The notes under the pieces were generated by a model. That model saw nothing but the letters and a program-made list of their open reading frames with translations. It made no database searches and was not told the origin of the DNA. This document shows positions 35,403-45,851 of a stretch of DNA of 64,000 nt, in pieces (position 1 is the stretch's first letter; every line of letters starts with the position of its first letter). Source of the stretch: Amphiscolops sp. MND2022 (Eukaryota); contig OZ076410.1 of NCBI GenBank assembly GCA_964187785.1, positions 11,160,001-11,224,000 of the forward strand. Direction: 5' to 3'. The translations under genes and the position numbers were made by a program.

Positions 35403-36221
35403 ATGGAAATGAATCTACCGTTCATCCTAGACGACCTCTCAGTTCTCCCGGTCAGTCCTAGTTACTACTCTTCTGACGAAGAAATGGATGTGGACATTCA
35501 GTCAGTCAGTGCTACCAGAGACGACACTGAAGATAGTGATATAGAGGTTATCGCGTGTTACCGACAAGTGCCGATCCAGTCAGAAGGGCAAGTTGCAGGA
35601 CGTAAAATGACTGTGGAGTTGACTGAAGGTACAGAGGACACTTACTCAGATTTTCCTTGGGAAGATTTTGATAGTATGATGCGATTGGTCGACAGTCAGG
35701 CCGACCCTCTGGACAGGGGAGCAGGGCCAAGTACTGCTACCCAAAGCAGTAGTCCACCCATAAAATATTGTGGGAGTCTAACGCCTATAGTCGACTCACC
35801 GCAATCTCCCCCGCCACACGAACGTGGGCCGACTTATGGTCCGAGCGACAATAACTTGTCCCCGCAGCTTAATCAGCCGCTACCGCTGAGTTCACATATA
35901 CAAGGGATCAGCGTGAGAATGGCCTCCCATTGTGGACAGCCTAATTCGGCAATAAATGGGGACTGTATTGTTTGTGGACGCAGTTACGAACAAATAAAAG
36001 AAACAGCAGTACTAGACTTCCTAGAAAGCACGACCTACAGAGGTGAGAATTACGCAGACCGATTGAGAAGGAGAGCAGCCTACTTAGCCGGAATGGACCA
36101 GGGGACAGTGCTCTTCATCCCTAGGGGAGTGTCGCAGGCTGCCGCCTGCGATGGCAATTTTTATCAAATTACGTTGGAAGGAGATAACTCTAACCCTCCG
36201 CCAGGAGTCCTTCCTATATAA
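35403..36221 (+). CDS. Sense accessory ORF (272 aa; acidic disordered N-terminus, HC..CxxC C-terminal domain) overlapping the PPT and 3' LTR
   Basis: Intact ATG-to-TAA ORF; crosses AGGGGAG|TGTCGC at 36129/36130 and ends 92 nt inside the LTR. No env-like transmembrane segment is visible. Confidence 0.72.
   Translation: MEMNLPFILDDLSVLPVSPSYYSSDEEMDVDIQSVSATRDDTEDSDIEVIACYRQVPIQSEGQVAGRKMTVELTEGTEDTYSDFPWEDFDSMMRLVDSQADPLDRGAGPSTATQSSSPPIKYCGSLTPIVDSPQSPPPHERGPTYGPSDNNLSPQLNQPLPLSSHIQGISVRMASHCGQPNSAINGDCIVCGRSYEQIKETAVLDFLESTTYRGENYADRLRRRAAYLAGMDQGTVLFIPRGVSQAAACDGNFYQITLEGDNSNPPPGVLPI
36121..36129 (+). promoter_or_regulatory. Element A polypurine tract
   Basis: CTAGGGGAG abuts the 3' LTR start TGTCGC; the purine run is short. 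Confidence 0.7.
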
Positions 36222-37735
36222 ACACTGACAAAGACCAAAAGGTCATTTAAACTACATGTATTTTTTTACTATGTACACTATTTTGAATTTTACCATGAAA
36301 GACCTGTGGTCCTTGCGGCCTCAGTGCAATTGATTATTTTAGTCCGCGAGGATGTATTTTACTATTTAGTAAATTATTTTGTGCCTGTTTTGTAATCTGA
36401 ATGTTGGTGTAATTAATAGAAAACGTGTAAATCAATGAATTAATATGATGTAATAGCATGTAGAAGAGGAAACGCGTTCAAATGAACGCGTCTTCTAATT
36501 CACTGTACTCGCTGTACCAGTATTTTGCACCAATCAAAATGCAGTATATTAGTGACGCTCCGTGGACAGAATGTCTGCCACGGTGAAATTAACGCACAAG
36601 TGCTGCTAGTGCTGTAATTGACTGTGGCTACGTGGACTTAACGTCCGCTATGGTGAAATGCTGTAATAACATGAAATCATGTATTTTGAAAGCATGTAAT
36701 GTTGTAGATTAATTCTGAATGTACTTACAGGCCAATATAAACGTTTTCTCTTTGTCGGCTTAACCGTCAAAATCCCCCCATATGGCTCTTTGATGTATTG
36801 ACGTCATGCTGACGTAACCATATTTGACGCTATTTTTAGTTTATCATAACTATATTTAGTAACATGACGCCTGTAAATTTGCTTGTCATGCAGATCAGGG
36901 TATATATAGGACGGCCCAAGAGACCGTGGGGACCAATCTTTTGGAAGCTCAACTCGAAGTCACAATTCAACTCGAACTGTATTCAATTACAATTGAAACT
37001 TTACTTTCAGTACCATCTGTACATTTCACTCATTGACCATATAAACTTTAGTCTGTATTGCCAATTCATTCTTGTTGTGTTAATTTTCTTCAATGCCTTC
37101 AACGAGAAAGCAAAAGGCTAAAGAGAGACGCTCTAGACAGTTAGACATGCTGTCAGATGTAGAAAACGTTGACATAATGTTAGGTAGTTACTCTAGAGAT
37201 GTTGAAGAGAATAATATTAGTGAAAATGAAGTGAATTTAGACTCAGGGTCTAGCAGGCCACAGCAAAGTTTAAACGTCTTAGGAGAGGATTTTAGGTCAT
37301 TACCAAACACAAATAGTAGAGAAAATAGTGAATTCACGGTTGAGACTACAAGACTAATTAACGAAGAAATTTCCAATCAAATGTCAAGAAAACTGATTGA
37401 GATTAAAACTAGTTTGAATTCCCAAATCCAAGAAGCAATTACTGACGCAATAACAAGTACAGTGCTTCCTTCTATTCAAAATGCACTAGAAATGCAGGGG
37501 AGACCTAATTTCACCATGGTGGACCGAAGGTCTGACGGGCTACATCTTAGCCCAAGGTCGACCGAATTCACCATAACGGACCAAAGGTCCAGTGGGCTAC
37601 AACGGAACGCCGAAGTAGGAAATTCACAGAAAACGAAGGAAAATCGCCACAAAACGTGTTTCACTCAAGAAAATAGTAGACTGAGGTCTAGAGAGAGTTC
37701 AACAGACTCAAATAACAGCGAACAAATTCGTGACA
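36130..37735 (+). repeat. Element A 3' LTR (1606 bp), including a duplicate gag N-terminus (37093-37740) that is stopped by the TAG of the TSD
   Basis: Direct repeat of 23019-24625. Confidence 0.97.
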
Positions 37736-37844
37736 GCTAGACTGTATCGTATGTAGCAACTTCCATGAATGTTCGTACAGTATGGTCTATGTTAGCAGTT
37801 GGCAGGTACTAAGAACTTAAAAGCCATAGTGGCATCTTCTCTCA

Positions 37845-37855
37845 TTCCCCCCTTT
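37845..37855 (-). promoter_or_regulatory. Element B polypurine tract
   Basis: AAAGGGGGGAA on the minus strand, adjoining the 3' LTR. Confidence 0.85.
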
Positions 37856-38169
37856 GTAGTTCAGGGAAACCATTGCTGACCCTCTGTAGGCTCCCATTTG
37901 ATCAGGGTTTCGGCTTGTGCACTTTCTCTCTTGATTTTCGGGAAAGGATGTCGCAGAAATCGTTGGAGTGGGCTGGAGAACTCTAAACGACTTAATTAAA
38001 TTAAAAATACTCTACCCCTCCTAATTTCACGGTTCGCTTAGCGTCCTTTATTCTATTAAATCTACGAAGATCTGCTGATGGTTCAATTGGTTTTTTGTGA
38101 TTTTTTGGTTCCTTTTTTTCTATTGTTTTTAAGTTACCTTTTCTGGGGCTTGTTGTTCTTTCTTCGGCG

Positions 38170-41100
38170 TTACTTCGGCGCTGACGGTTGCGCGTATCGG
38201 TGTTTGTAGTTCGCCTTCCGGTTGAGTCGGGTGCGTACCGCAGCTAGTGGCGGCAGCGTGTTTACTTCTTGCGTGTTTTCCTCTTCGGTCGGTTGTGTTT
38301 CCGTCACGGTGATTGTTGTGTTCGTCTGTGGTTCATTTTTCTCCGCTGGTTCGTCTTGTTTGTTTGGGCTGTCCGACTCTGTGTCGGTAACGGTGATGTC
38401 GCCGTAAGTCGACCTTTTTTCTGGCATTGTCGGGAGAGTGTAGCTGCAACTTGGTTCATCTGTGTCTTTTGCGAGCCCATATAATCTTTTGTGCGTGTCA
38501 CAGTAGTTCTCTTGACTGAACTTTCCGCACCTGATGCAGCGGTTAGTTCTTCTTTGGTCTTCTATTCTCTTCCGGTTTCTTTGACAACTGAAATTTTATC
38601 GGTTTTGACGCTAACTTTTTATGTATTATTTTTCCTTCGGACGTGGTTACGGGTATGCTTAGGTTCATTTACGGCTGTTAGTATTTTGTTGGTTTTGAAT
38701 CTACATTTCATTGCATTGGGTTTGTTTTCCTTTTCAAAAATTGGTATTGTTTAAATTCCCGTCTTACCGATCTAGCTCTTTTCTTTGAGTCGTTAAGAAC
38801 CAAATAGTCTGCCATTTCTCCCTCTGAGTCGTTAATCGTAAACATTTGCAGCTCAGTGGGTGTGCTAGAACGTAATTGGTCAATGTCTTTTTCCAATTAG
38901 AGAGAAGACATTCTGATCGACCGATTAGATTGGTTATCGCCGTGCGTGGTTTGCGTCCAAAGTGAATTTGGAATGGCGTCATGTTCAATTTACTATGTGG
39001 AGTCTGTCTGATTGTTTTAGTCGCTAAATTAACACCCTCTTCAAATGTTAAGCCGTCCGCCATATTTGCTCTAGTTAATGACTTAATTGTCCCTATGGTT
39101 CTTTCCACTTGGCCGGTACCCGTATGTAAATTCGGTGTGCATCGGATGCGCTTCATGTTTTCTTGGTTACAAAATTCTTTAAATTCGTTACTTTTAAAAC
39201 AACTACAGTTGTCGGTACGTATGCTCAGTGGTGTTCCGTTATCTGAACAATATTTCGTTAAAAATTTTAAAACTGTCCGCGAGTCGGTATTTTTACAAAT
39301 TTGGGCCATTGGCCATTTACCAAAACGATCGACTGTGACTAAAATATATACATCGCCGCGAGTCTTTGTTTTATTGGACCAGCGAAGTCCAATTGGATCT
39401 CTTGGTTCGGTTCGGACAAAATTTCTAGATTGTTTTTCTCCGTTGACGGTAATTGTGATGTTAAGTTCTTACCTGACGCCCTGCAGCTCGGGCAGTTTTC
39501 GGCTTTCTCTCTTATTTCCCGGTACAAGCCAGGCCACCAGAATGCTGTGGATGATTGATCCATCTTAGTGGCTGAAGGATGTCCTTGATGGAGCATGGCG
39601 ATAATTGTAGTTCTCATTGCTTCGGGTATGACAATCTTGTCGTTATAAAAGAGTAGGCCGAATCGGGTTGTTAGACGATATCTATGTGGTCGATAAGGAT
39701 AAAAGACTTCTTCGATTTGATTTCTTTCAATAGCGGTAATGGCGTTTAAAATTTTCACGTCTCTCGCTGTATCTTCTACTAGCATGGGTAGATCGAGTGC
39801 GAAGTCGTTTTCAGCTCTTTTAATTGTGTCTTCGGTCCGTTCATTGTGCTCATCGTTCAAAGTGTTCGTTTTGACGGTTTGTTTCAGCCGGATTAGATTG
39901 ACGGTCTCGTGCTTTCGGAACTTCTTAATAGCATTTGTGGGGCATTTTTTTGTCTGATATTGCTGGTTTGACTTTCGGTATCGGCCGATTGTGTGATCCA
40001 CGACTCGTGATTGTTTAGTTGAAATTCTTTCAATGGTGTCGTTCCCAGCGTTTCGCAGAAGCTGAAGAATCTATTGAACATTTGTAGGTTCAGTTCCACG
40101 ATTCTTTTTCGGACCTGTTGTGAAGGTCGGTATTCCTGCAGTCTCTCATTGTCAGTTCGTTTGCCAACAATTCTCATCTTTTTAGGTTTCAGGAGTCTTT
40201 TCCGTTCTGTCCAGAGCCTGAGGGTATCTGGTGAATGTTCTCTCTTCTTGAAGATGAAATGCATGTCTATGCCATTTACTTTGTCCATTTTTGATGTTGT
40301 TGCGGATTTATTTAAATGTTTTTTGGACAAGATTTGATTAACGCCGTTCAGTGGTATTGAAGTTTTGAGCAAATGAGTTTGTTTATTTTGTTCACGCTTG
40401 CATGTGCCGCGCTGTGGTTGGTCTGTTTTTTGTTTCGGTTTGGTTCGTTCTGTGAATCTTTTTATGCTTCCGTTCGTTTGAATGAAATCGAATAGGCCGT
40501 GTATTTGATTTATCACGAACTCCTCCTCGGATTCCGCTTCGTTTTGACAGCTAAAATTGTTCCCTGCTGCGTTCTCACCGGTGTTTACGATCGGATGCCG
40601 GCTTAAGTATTCCGTCAGCGGAATGTTTCTACCAGCTGTATATTGAACGTTAACATCGAAATGGCTCAATCTGTCTAGCCACCGTGTTAATCTAGCGCTG
40701 TATTGTTTGTGCGCCCTACTTCTTTTTAACAACGGTTGTAGCGCTTGGTTGTCCGTTAACAAATTTACCCTCTTTCCGTAAACGTAAGACCTGAAGTACT
40801 CTAGCCCCCACAGCGCTCCTAGTAATTCTAGTTCATTAATGGCGTATTTTCTCTCACAATCCGTGAAGAATCTACTAGGTAACGCAATTGGTCTGAAGAG
40901 TTCCTCCTCTTTCTGCCACAATGTCGCTCCGAGTCCCGTGTTGCAAGCATCAGTCGTCACATAATTTTCCTTCTTCGGGTCGAAGTGAGCCAAGAATGGT
41001 GATTCAGTCATTTCTTTTTTCAGGTTTTTGAAATCTTCAGGCGTCCATTCCCAACGGGCCTCTTTTTTCAACAATCTTCTAATTCTATCGGTTTTCTTGG

Positions 41101-42300
41101 ATAGAATATTGATGAATTTTGACAGGTGTTGTATTGAGCCTAGAGAGGACTTGAGTTCTTTAGCGTTCTTTGGGACATTCAGTTTTGTTATCGCTTCTGT
41201 CTTGTCCTTTATTGGTTTTTACTCCGTTTTGATCGATGTGGTAGCCCGGCCAAGTTATCTCCTGTTTGAATAATTCGGTTTTCCTCTCACTCGCCCTGTA
41301 TCCGGCGTTTTGTAATTTTGTGAGTACTTCTCGAACTTCACGTTCGTATTCGTCCATTGTTCCGTTGGTTACGCAAATAATGTCGTCCAACCAGACCGGT
41401 GTTTTGAATTCCAGCACCTTGTCAATGTGCTCCTGGAACACGGTGGGGATATCCGACAGCCGGTAAAATCCCTTCTTGAACCGATAATGACCGGTGAAGT
41501 CGCCGCCAATTATCGAGAAGACACAGTGTTTTGCTGCTTCCACGGTTAATTTCGCTTGTCCGTAAGCGTAGTCCAAGTCAATCTTTGACATCCAAATTTC
41601 CCCACTATTACGGGTGATCTCCACCGATATTTTGCAAATTAGTTCCTCCATATTTGGCATTGCCGCTTTCCTCTTGACGCATGCCTCATTCAATTTTCTC
41701 GAATCAAGAGCTATTTTTACGGACTTATCTTTCTTTATTGCTATGACAGCCGGTGAGACGAAACAGTTTTCCGTAGTGTTGTCTGCTTTTTCCAGATGTC
41801 CACTTTCGATTAGCTTTTCTAACTCTTTCTTGACCGTCTTTTGAAAATGTATCGGACCCGGTCGTCCTTTTTGTTGTATCGGCTTTGTGTCCTTTTTCAG
41901 TTGAATGTCAATGGCTAAATCTTTGATAGTGTGATTGTTTTTGAATAGATCTTTGTATTCATTTACAATCTTCTGTCGTCTTTCATCTGTTTCGATGTGT
42001 CGGATGATTTTCGTGTTCGTGTTCCCTTGTAGTCCAATTTCTAGTATATCTAGCCAATCCAGTCCCAGCAAGGGTTGGGTGTTTTTGTTCTCGGTTATCA
42101 GTATGGGATGTGTTGATTTGCTTTTTTCCGTTTTCACTTCAACCATAGTCTCACCTTGAACTTTATTGGATCTGTATTTACGTCTACGAAGCTTTTTGTG
42201 GTTTTGTGTAATTCCGCTGTATTAATTATAGGCGGTATTATCGTTACTGGAGAGCCAGTGTCAATGATAAATCCCTATTGGCTGTCCTTGAACCAATAAT
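38170..42300 (-). pseudogene. Element B pol (PR, RT, RNase H, IN), multiply frameshifted
   Basis: IIDTGSP (~42260); RT (KIALDSRKLN, SKIDLDYAY, WLDDI); RNase H (TTDACNTGLG, NELE); IN (HQGHP..C.SC, QLDFAGP, IRTDN, GQVER). Confidence 0.92.
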
Positions 42301-42325
42301 ATCGCTTTGTAGAAATCAATCCGGT

Positions 42326-43265
42326 TTATGCTGTTGACGGATTATATATCATTAATCTCGGGCCATGACTCGGTGTTACTGTCCGTTGATGGTTCTTTTT
42401 GTATCCGGTTAACGTTTTGGATTTGCACACTTTGGCAAAATGTCCCATTTTCTTGCAGTTGTTACACTGTGCTCGCCGTCCTGGGCGAATATGTTCCAAT
42501 GACCAGTTTGGTTTATTGCAGAAATGACAGTTACGGTTTGGCATTTTTTTCTTCCCCGTTTCTACTATTTTTCGTTTCCGTGCTGGCTGTGTGTGTGCGA
42601 CTTGTTCTTCGCTTGATGAGCTTTCCAGCTGGAGTTTTCGGTATTTTTTGTTTGTTTTTTTTGTCTCCTTATTTGCGGTTGTAATTGTCTTGTTCGATGG
42701 TTTCAAGGACCATTTGGAGTTTCAGTGGCCCTTTCATGAGTTTGTCTTGGGCTTTTTTGTCGTTAATAGTTGCTGCAAACTTGGAAGTGATAATTTCTTC
42801 CGGTGTAATGCTGTTGAATTCGCATTTTTTCTCAAATTCCACCAGTCTTTTCCAATATTCATCTAGCGTTTCGGTTTCTTCTTGTTGGATTTTGAAGAAT
42901 TGTGCTCGGCTGTGAAATACATTTCTTGCAGGTATGAACGTTTTCTTGAATAGCTTCAGCAGTTCTGGGAGATCAATGTCTTTTAACTCTTTGCCCCATT
43001 GGCCTCTCATTATTTCGTGTTTGGCCTTGGGACCTAGTGCCCCAATGACGTCTCCTTTGACATGATACACTGTATGTGGATCTATTCGATCGATACCTTG
43101 ATCCATCAGTTCGTCCAAATTTCGGTTATATGTAAGGTGTATATACTCCGAAATTTGTTCCCACCACATTCGTGGGTTTGTTTTGGTCAGGTCTGTCTCT
43201 CTGTCCGATAAAATCGGTATTTTGTATTTATTCTTCTCCAGTCGGTCTGCTGTCGTCTGGTTCAT
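42326..43265 (-). pseudogene. Element B gag with CCHC knuckle, disrupted
   Basis: ORFs 42669-43265 and 42326-42706 (CNNCKKMGHFAKVC). Confidence 0.85.
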
Positions 43266-43340
43266 TATCGTTTGGTTTGCGGCCGGTTGGCCGGATTGGA
43301 TTGTTCCGAGGTACTCGGGTCTGAATTGTTGTCCATTAAA

Positions 43341-43355
43341 TTGCTGACTGCGCCA
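43341..43355 (-). promoter_or_regulatory. Element B primer-binding site (tRNA-Ser-like)
   Basis: TGGCGCAGTCAGCAA directly after the LTR-terminal ATTACA on the minus strand. Confidence 0.8.
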
Positions 43356-43553
43356 TGTAATTGACTGGAGATTTAGATAAGAAAGGTGAAATAAAAGTAG
43401 TATATATCAACACAAAGTTTAATGCAAGATCATGTAAACTGATAGCTAGACTGTATCGTATGTAGCAACTTCAATGAATGTTCGTACAGTAAGGTCTATG
43501 TTAGCAGTTGGCAGGTACTAAGAACTTAATAGACATAGTGGCATCTTCTCTCA
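43356..43553 (-). repeat. Element B 5' LTR (198 bp)
   Basis: Six substitutions versus the reassembled 3' LTR (~3%). Confidence 0.95.
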
Positions 43554-44920
43554 TTGGCAATTTCCACGGCAGTACTGTTTTCATATTTGTTGAGTTGTCT
43601 CGTTTCATAGTGTTATGAGTGGTTTTATCGACAACATCGCAGTTCAGGTCAAACACATTCAAGAGATTTTTAAGAGTGACCAGTTCTTCTCCCTGCGTTC
43701 AACGTCGCGTTCAATGAAATTTTTGGCTGCTCTATGTAAAACGAAGGTTTTATTAGTTTCTCCTTCTTCCTTTCGAATAATGTTTCGAGCTATATGTGTT
43801 TCAATGGTTCGACAGGTAAGTTTCCTGTTTTGGTCCGTTTGTTATTTTCTGACCCCACAAAGGGGAGGAAAATTATAATCTGTGTTGCGTTTTTTCTTAC
43901 CAATTCTGCCAAATCTCCACGATCTCCATCAGCTTCAGTTGGTTACTAATTCAGTTACTTTGGCTCAGTTGGTACCGCATACGCCTATCAGAGAGTATAT
44001 AAATATATAGGCAACAATACAAAAATCAAGAAATGTAATCATTGTGAAAATGTGAGTCATTTTGGTCTTTGGTCGTGTCTGCAGAAGCAAGCAACGTATG
44101 AGATTGTAAAATTGTAAAATCGGCAGTGATAGGTCAATTGTGTTGACGGAGGATCCAATGAAGAAAGTAATGGAGGAATTGTGGACAAACTCAAAGCTGA
44201 GCAAGACACATTTCAATTTTATGATGGTTTCAGGCTCTCCAGTAATCAACAAATGATCTCAATCTCCAGTGACGATAATTGTTTATGATGAACTAGAGCG
44301 TTCCTAAGCGTTCAAATCGTCCATCAGCAGGTATTAGATATCTCAGCCCGCAAATCTCACTGTCAGTGCCTTATGTAGATACAATACTTACGTACGTCTA
44401 CTAGCTCAGATCGTCTCTCTGTGAAAGATACTGTGTGAAGCTGTTATTCCTAACAGGAGGCATCAAAATTATGAGAATGTTATGAGCAACAAAAATTTCC
44501 GCACAACCACTGCACTTCTTTTCTACTCTAGTTTGAGTGGGCATCAAAATTTCGTGAGGTCATGTGATTTTCCAACCGCACTGGTTGATTCATGTGGTCT
44601 TTTGAAGTGTTTTTATTTTTTTTCATGCAAAAGTCAATCGAAATTCAGCCATTGACAACTAGCGGTTGATTGTAGCTAAAAGGAATTCCAATGAATTTCG
44701 GCACGAGTGATATTTAGATCTAGTAAGGAAAATTTTATAAATCGCTTCCTCTAGCTAAGAAGCCTTCAATTTTCAATCTCCCACAAACATGTCAATTTTC
44801 AATCTCCCACAAACTTGTCTATGTCCTTTTAATTCTGAGTTAACACAAACTGTGAAAACCGAATTACTCAAAATACATAGAAGGAATAAACTTCTCAAAA
44901 TTTTTCAAGTATTACAAAAA

Positions 44921-44926
44921 TTTATT
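44921..44926 (-). terminator. Candidate poly(A) signal of the host gene
   Basis: AATAAA on the minus strand, ~180 nt after the stop at 45105. Confidence 0.4.
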
Positions 44927-45104
44927 ACTCTGTAAGGATTATATAATTCCATCATTTTTTGAGGATTCAGAAACTGTTACATTCATAGCTGAAGAGGTAC
45001 AAAATAATTGATCCGAAATTTACCATTTTAACAATTAGATGTAAACATTTTCCATGGCAAAAGAATGTTGCCGGGATCTATATGTGTAAAAGATCTCGAA
45101 ACTG

Positions 45105-45851
45105 TCACCGTTTTGAGCTCAGCCCATTAGCAAAGGGTGATCTTGAACTCGGCGGGGCGTGAGATCTGGATTCGGAATCTCTGGTTTTGAGGTCTGCTGA
45201 GGTTCTGCTGTCTAAATGTGAGAAATCTGGTTTTGAAATAGATGGATGATACTTGGAAGTTGAATTGAAAGGAGTCGAGTCGAAACCCAGATTGGACTGG
45301 GACAACCCAGGTATTGCTGTCTGTGTCAAGTATCTATTTGTGGTGTCGTTTTCGGCACTGATTTTTGGGTTCCGGTTAGTAAACTTCGGATCCTTGGGAT
45401 CCCTGGATGGAGGGGTTTCGAAACTACCCTTTAGTCTTGAGGAGTCGTTTGACTGATGATTGGGGTTCGGTTCCGAACCAAAGCGGTTCAGTTTTGTGGG
45501 GTTGACAAAGTCTGTGGGATAATTAGGCCGATCATTCCAACTGGTGAGAGGGAAAATGGTCCCAGGAGGTACTTTGTACTTGTCTTTGTTCTTCGAATAA
45601 CTCGGTTCTAGATCTAGTGATAAATTGGTTTCGGGTTCATTGCTGTTGACTGTGTAAGTCTCGCTGAAATCCGCGTCCATGTACTCCTGAAATGTATTAT
45701 TATTGCTTTTAGAGTTTGCTGAAGGTGAAAATGACGGCAGTTGTGTCGGTTTCTGTTGTGACGTCATTCGGTTAGCGAGTCGGTGGCTCGGAGTGAAGGC
45801 TGTAGAAGACACAGGATTGGCTGACGAGGTTGGTTTTGCCATCGCCGCAGA
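45105..45851 (-). CDS. Host coiled-coil protein gene, terminal exon (S/P/N-rich tail); acceptor either 45852 (ATGAG) or 45909 (ACTAG)
   Basis: 245-aa open frame; both acceptors are phase 0, matching the upstream donor at 48858. Confidence 0.6.
   Translation of the reverse strand, partial: SAAMAKPTSSANPVSSTAFTPSHRLANRMTSQQKPTQLPSFSPSANSKSNNNTFQEYMDADFSETYTVNSNEPETNLSLDLEPSYSKNKDKYKVPPGTIFPLTSWNDRPNYPTDFVNPTKLNRFGSEPNPNHQSNDSSRLKGSFETPPSRDPKDPKFTNRNPKISAENDTTNRYLTQTAIPGLSQSNLGFDSTPFNSTSKYHPSISKPDFSHLDSRTSADLKTRDSESRSHAPPSSRSPFANGLSSKR

Larger units (their letters stand above)
23019..37735 (+). mobile_element. Ty3/Gypsy element A (14.7 kb) with 1.6-kb LTRs and accessory genes, nested in the 3' LTR of element B
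   Basis: Starts TGTCGC and ends (C/T)GACA; GCTAG TSD at 23014-23018 and 37736-37740. The uninterrupted site GATAGCTAGACTG is seen in the B 5' LTR (~43441). Confidence 0.97.
22925..43553 (-). mobile_element. Ty3/Gypsy element B (~5.9 kb without the nested insertion), 198-bp LTRs, TTGGC TSD
   Basis: 5' LTR at 43356-43553. The 3' LTR is split into 22925-23018 and 37741-37844 (94+104=198). TTGGC flanks at 22920-22924 and 43554-43558; TG..CA ends; PBS and PPT present; gag-PR-RT-RH-IN order. Confidence 0.95.
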
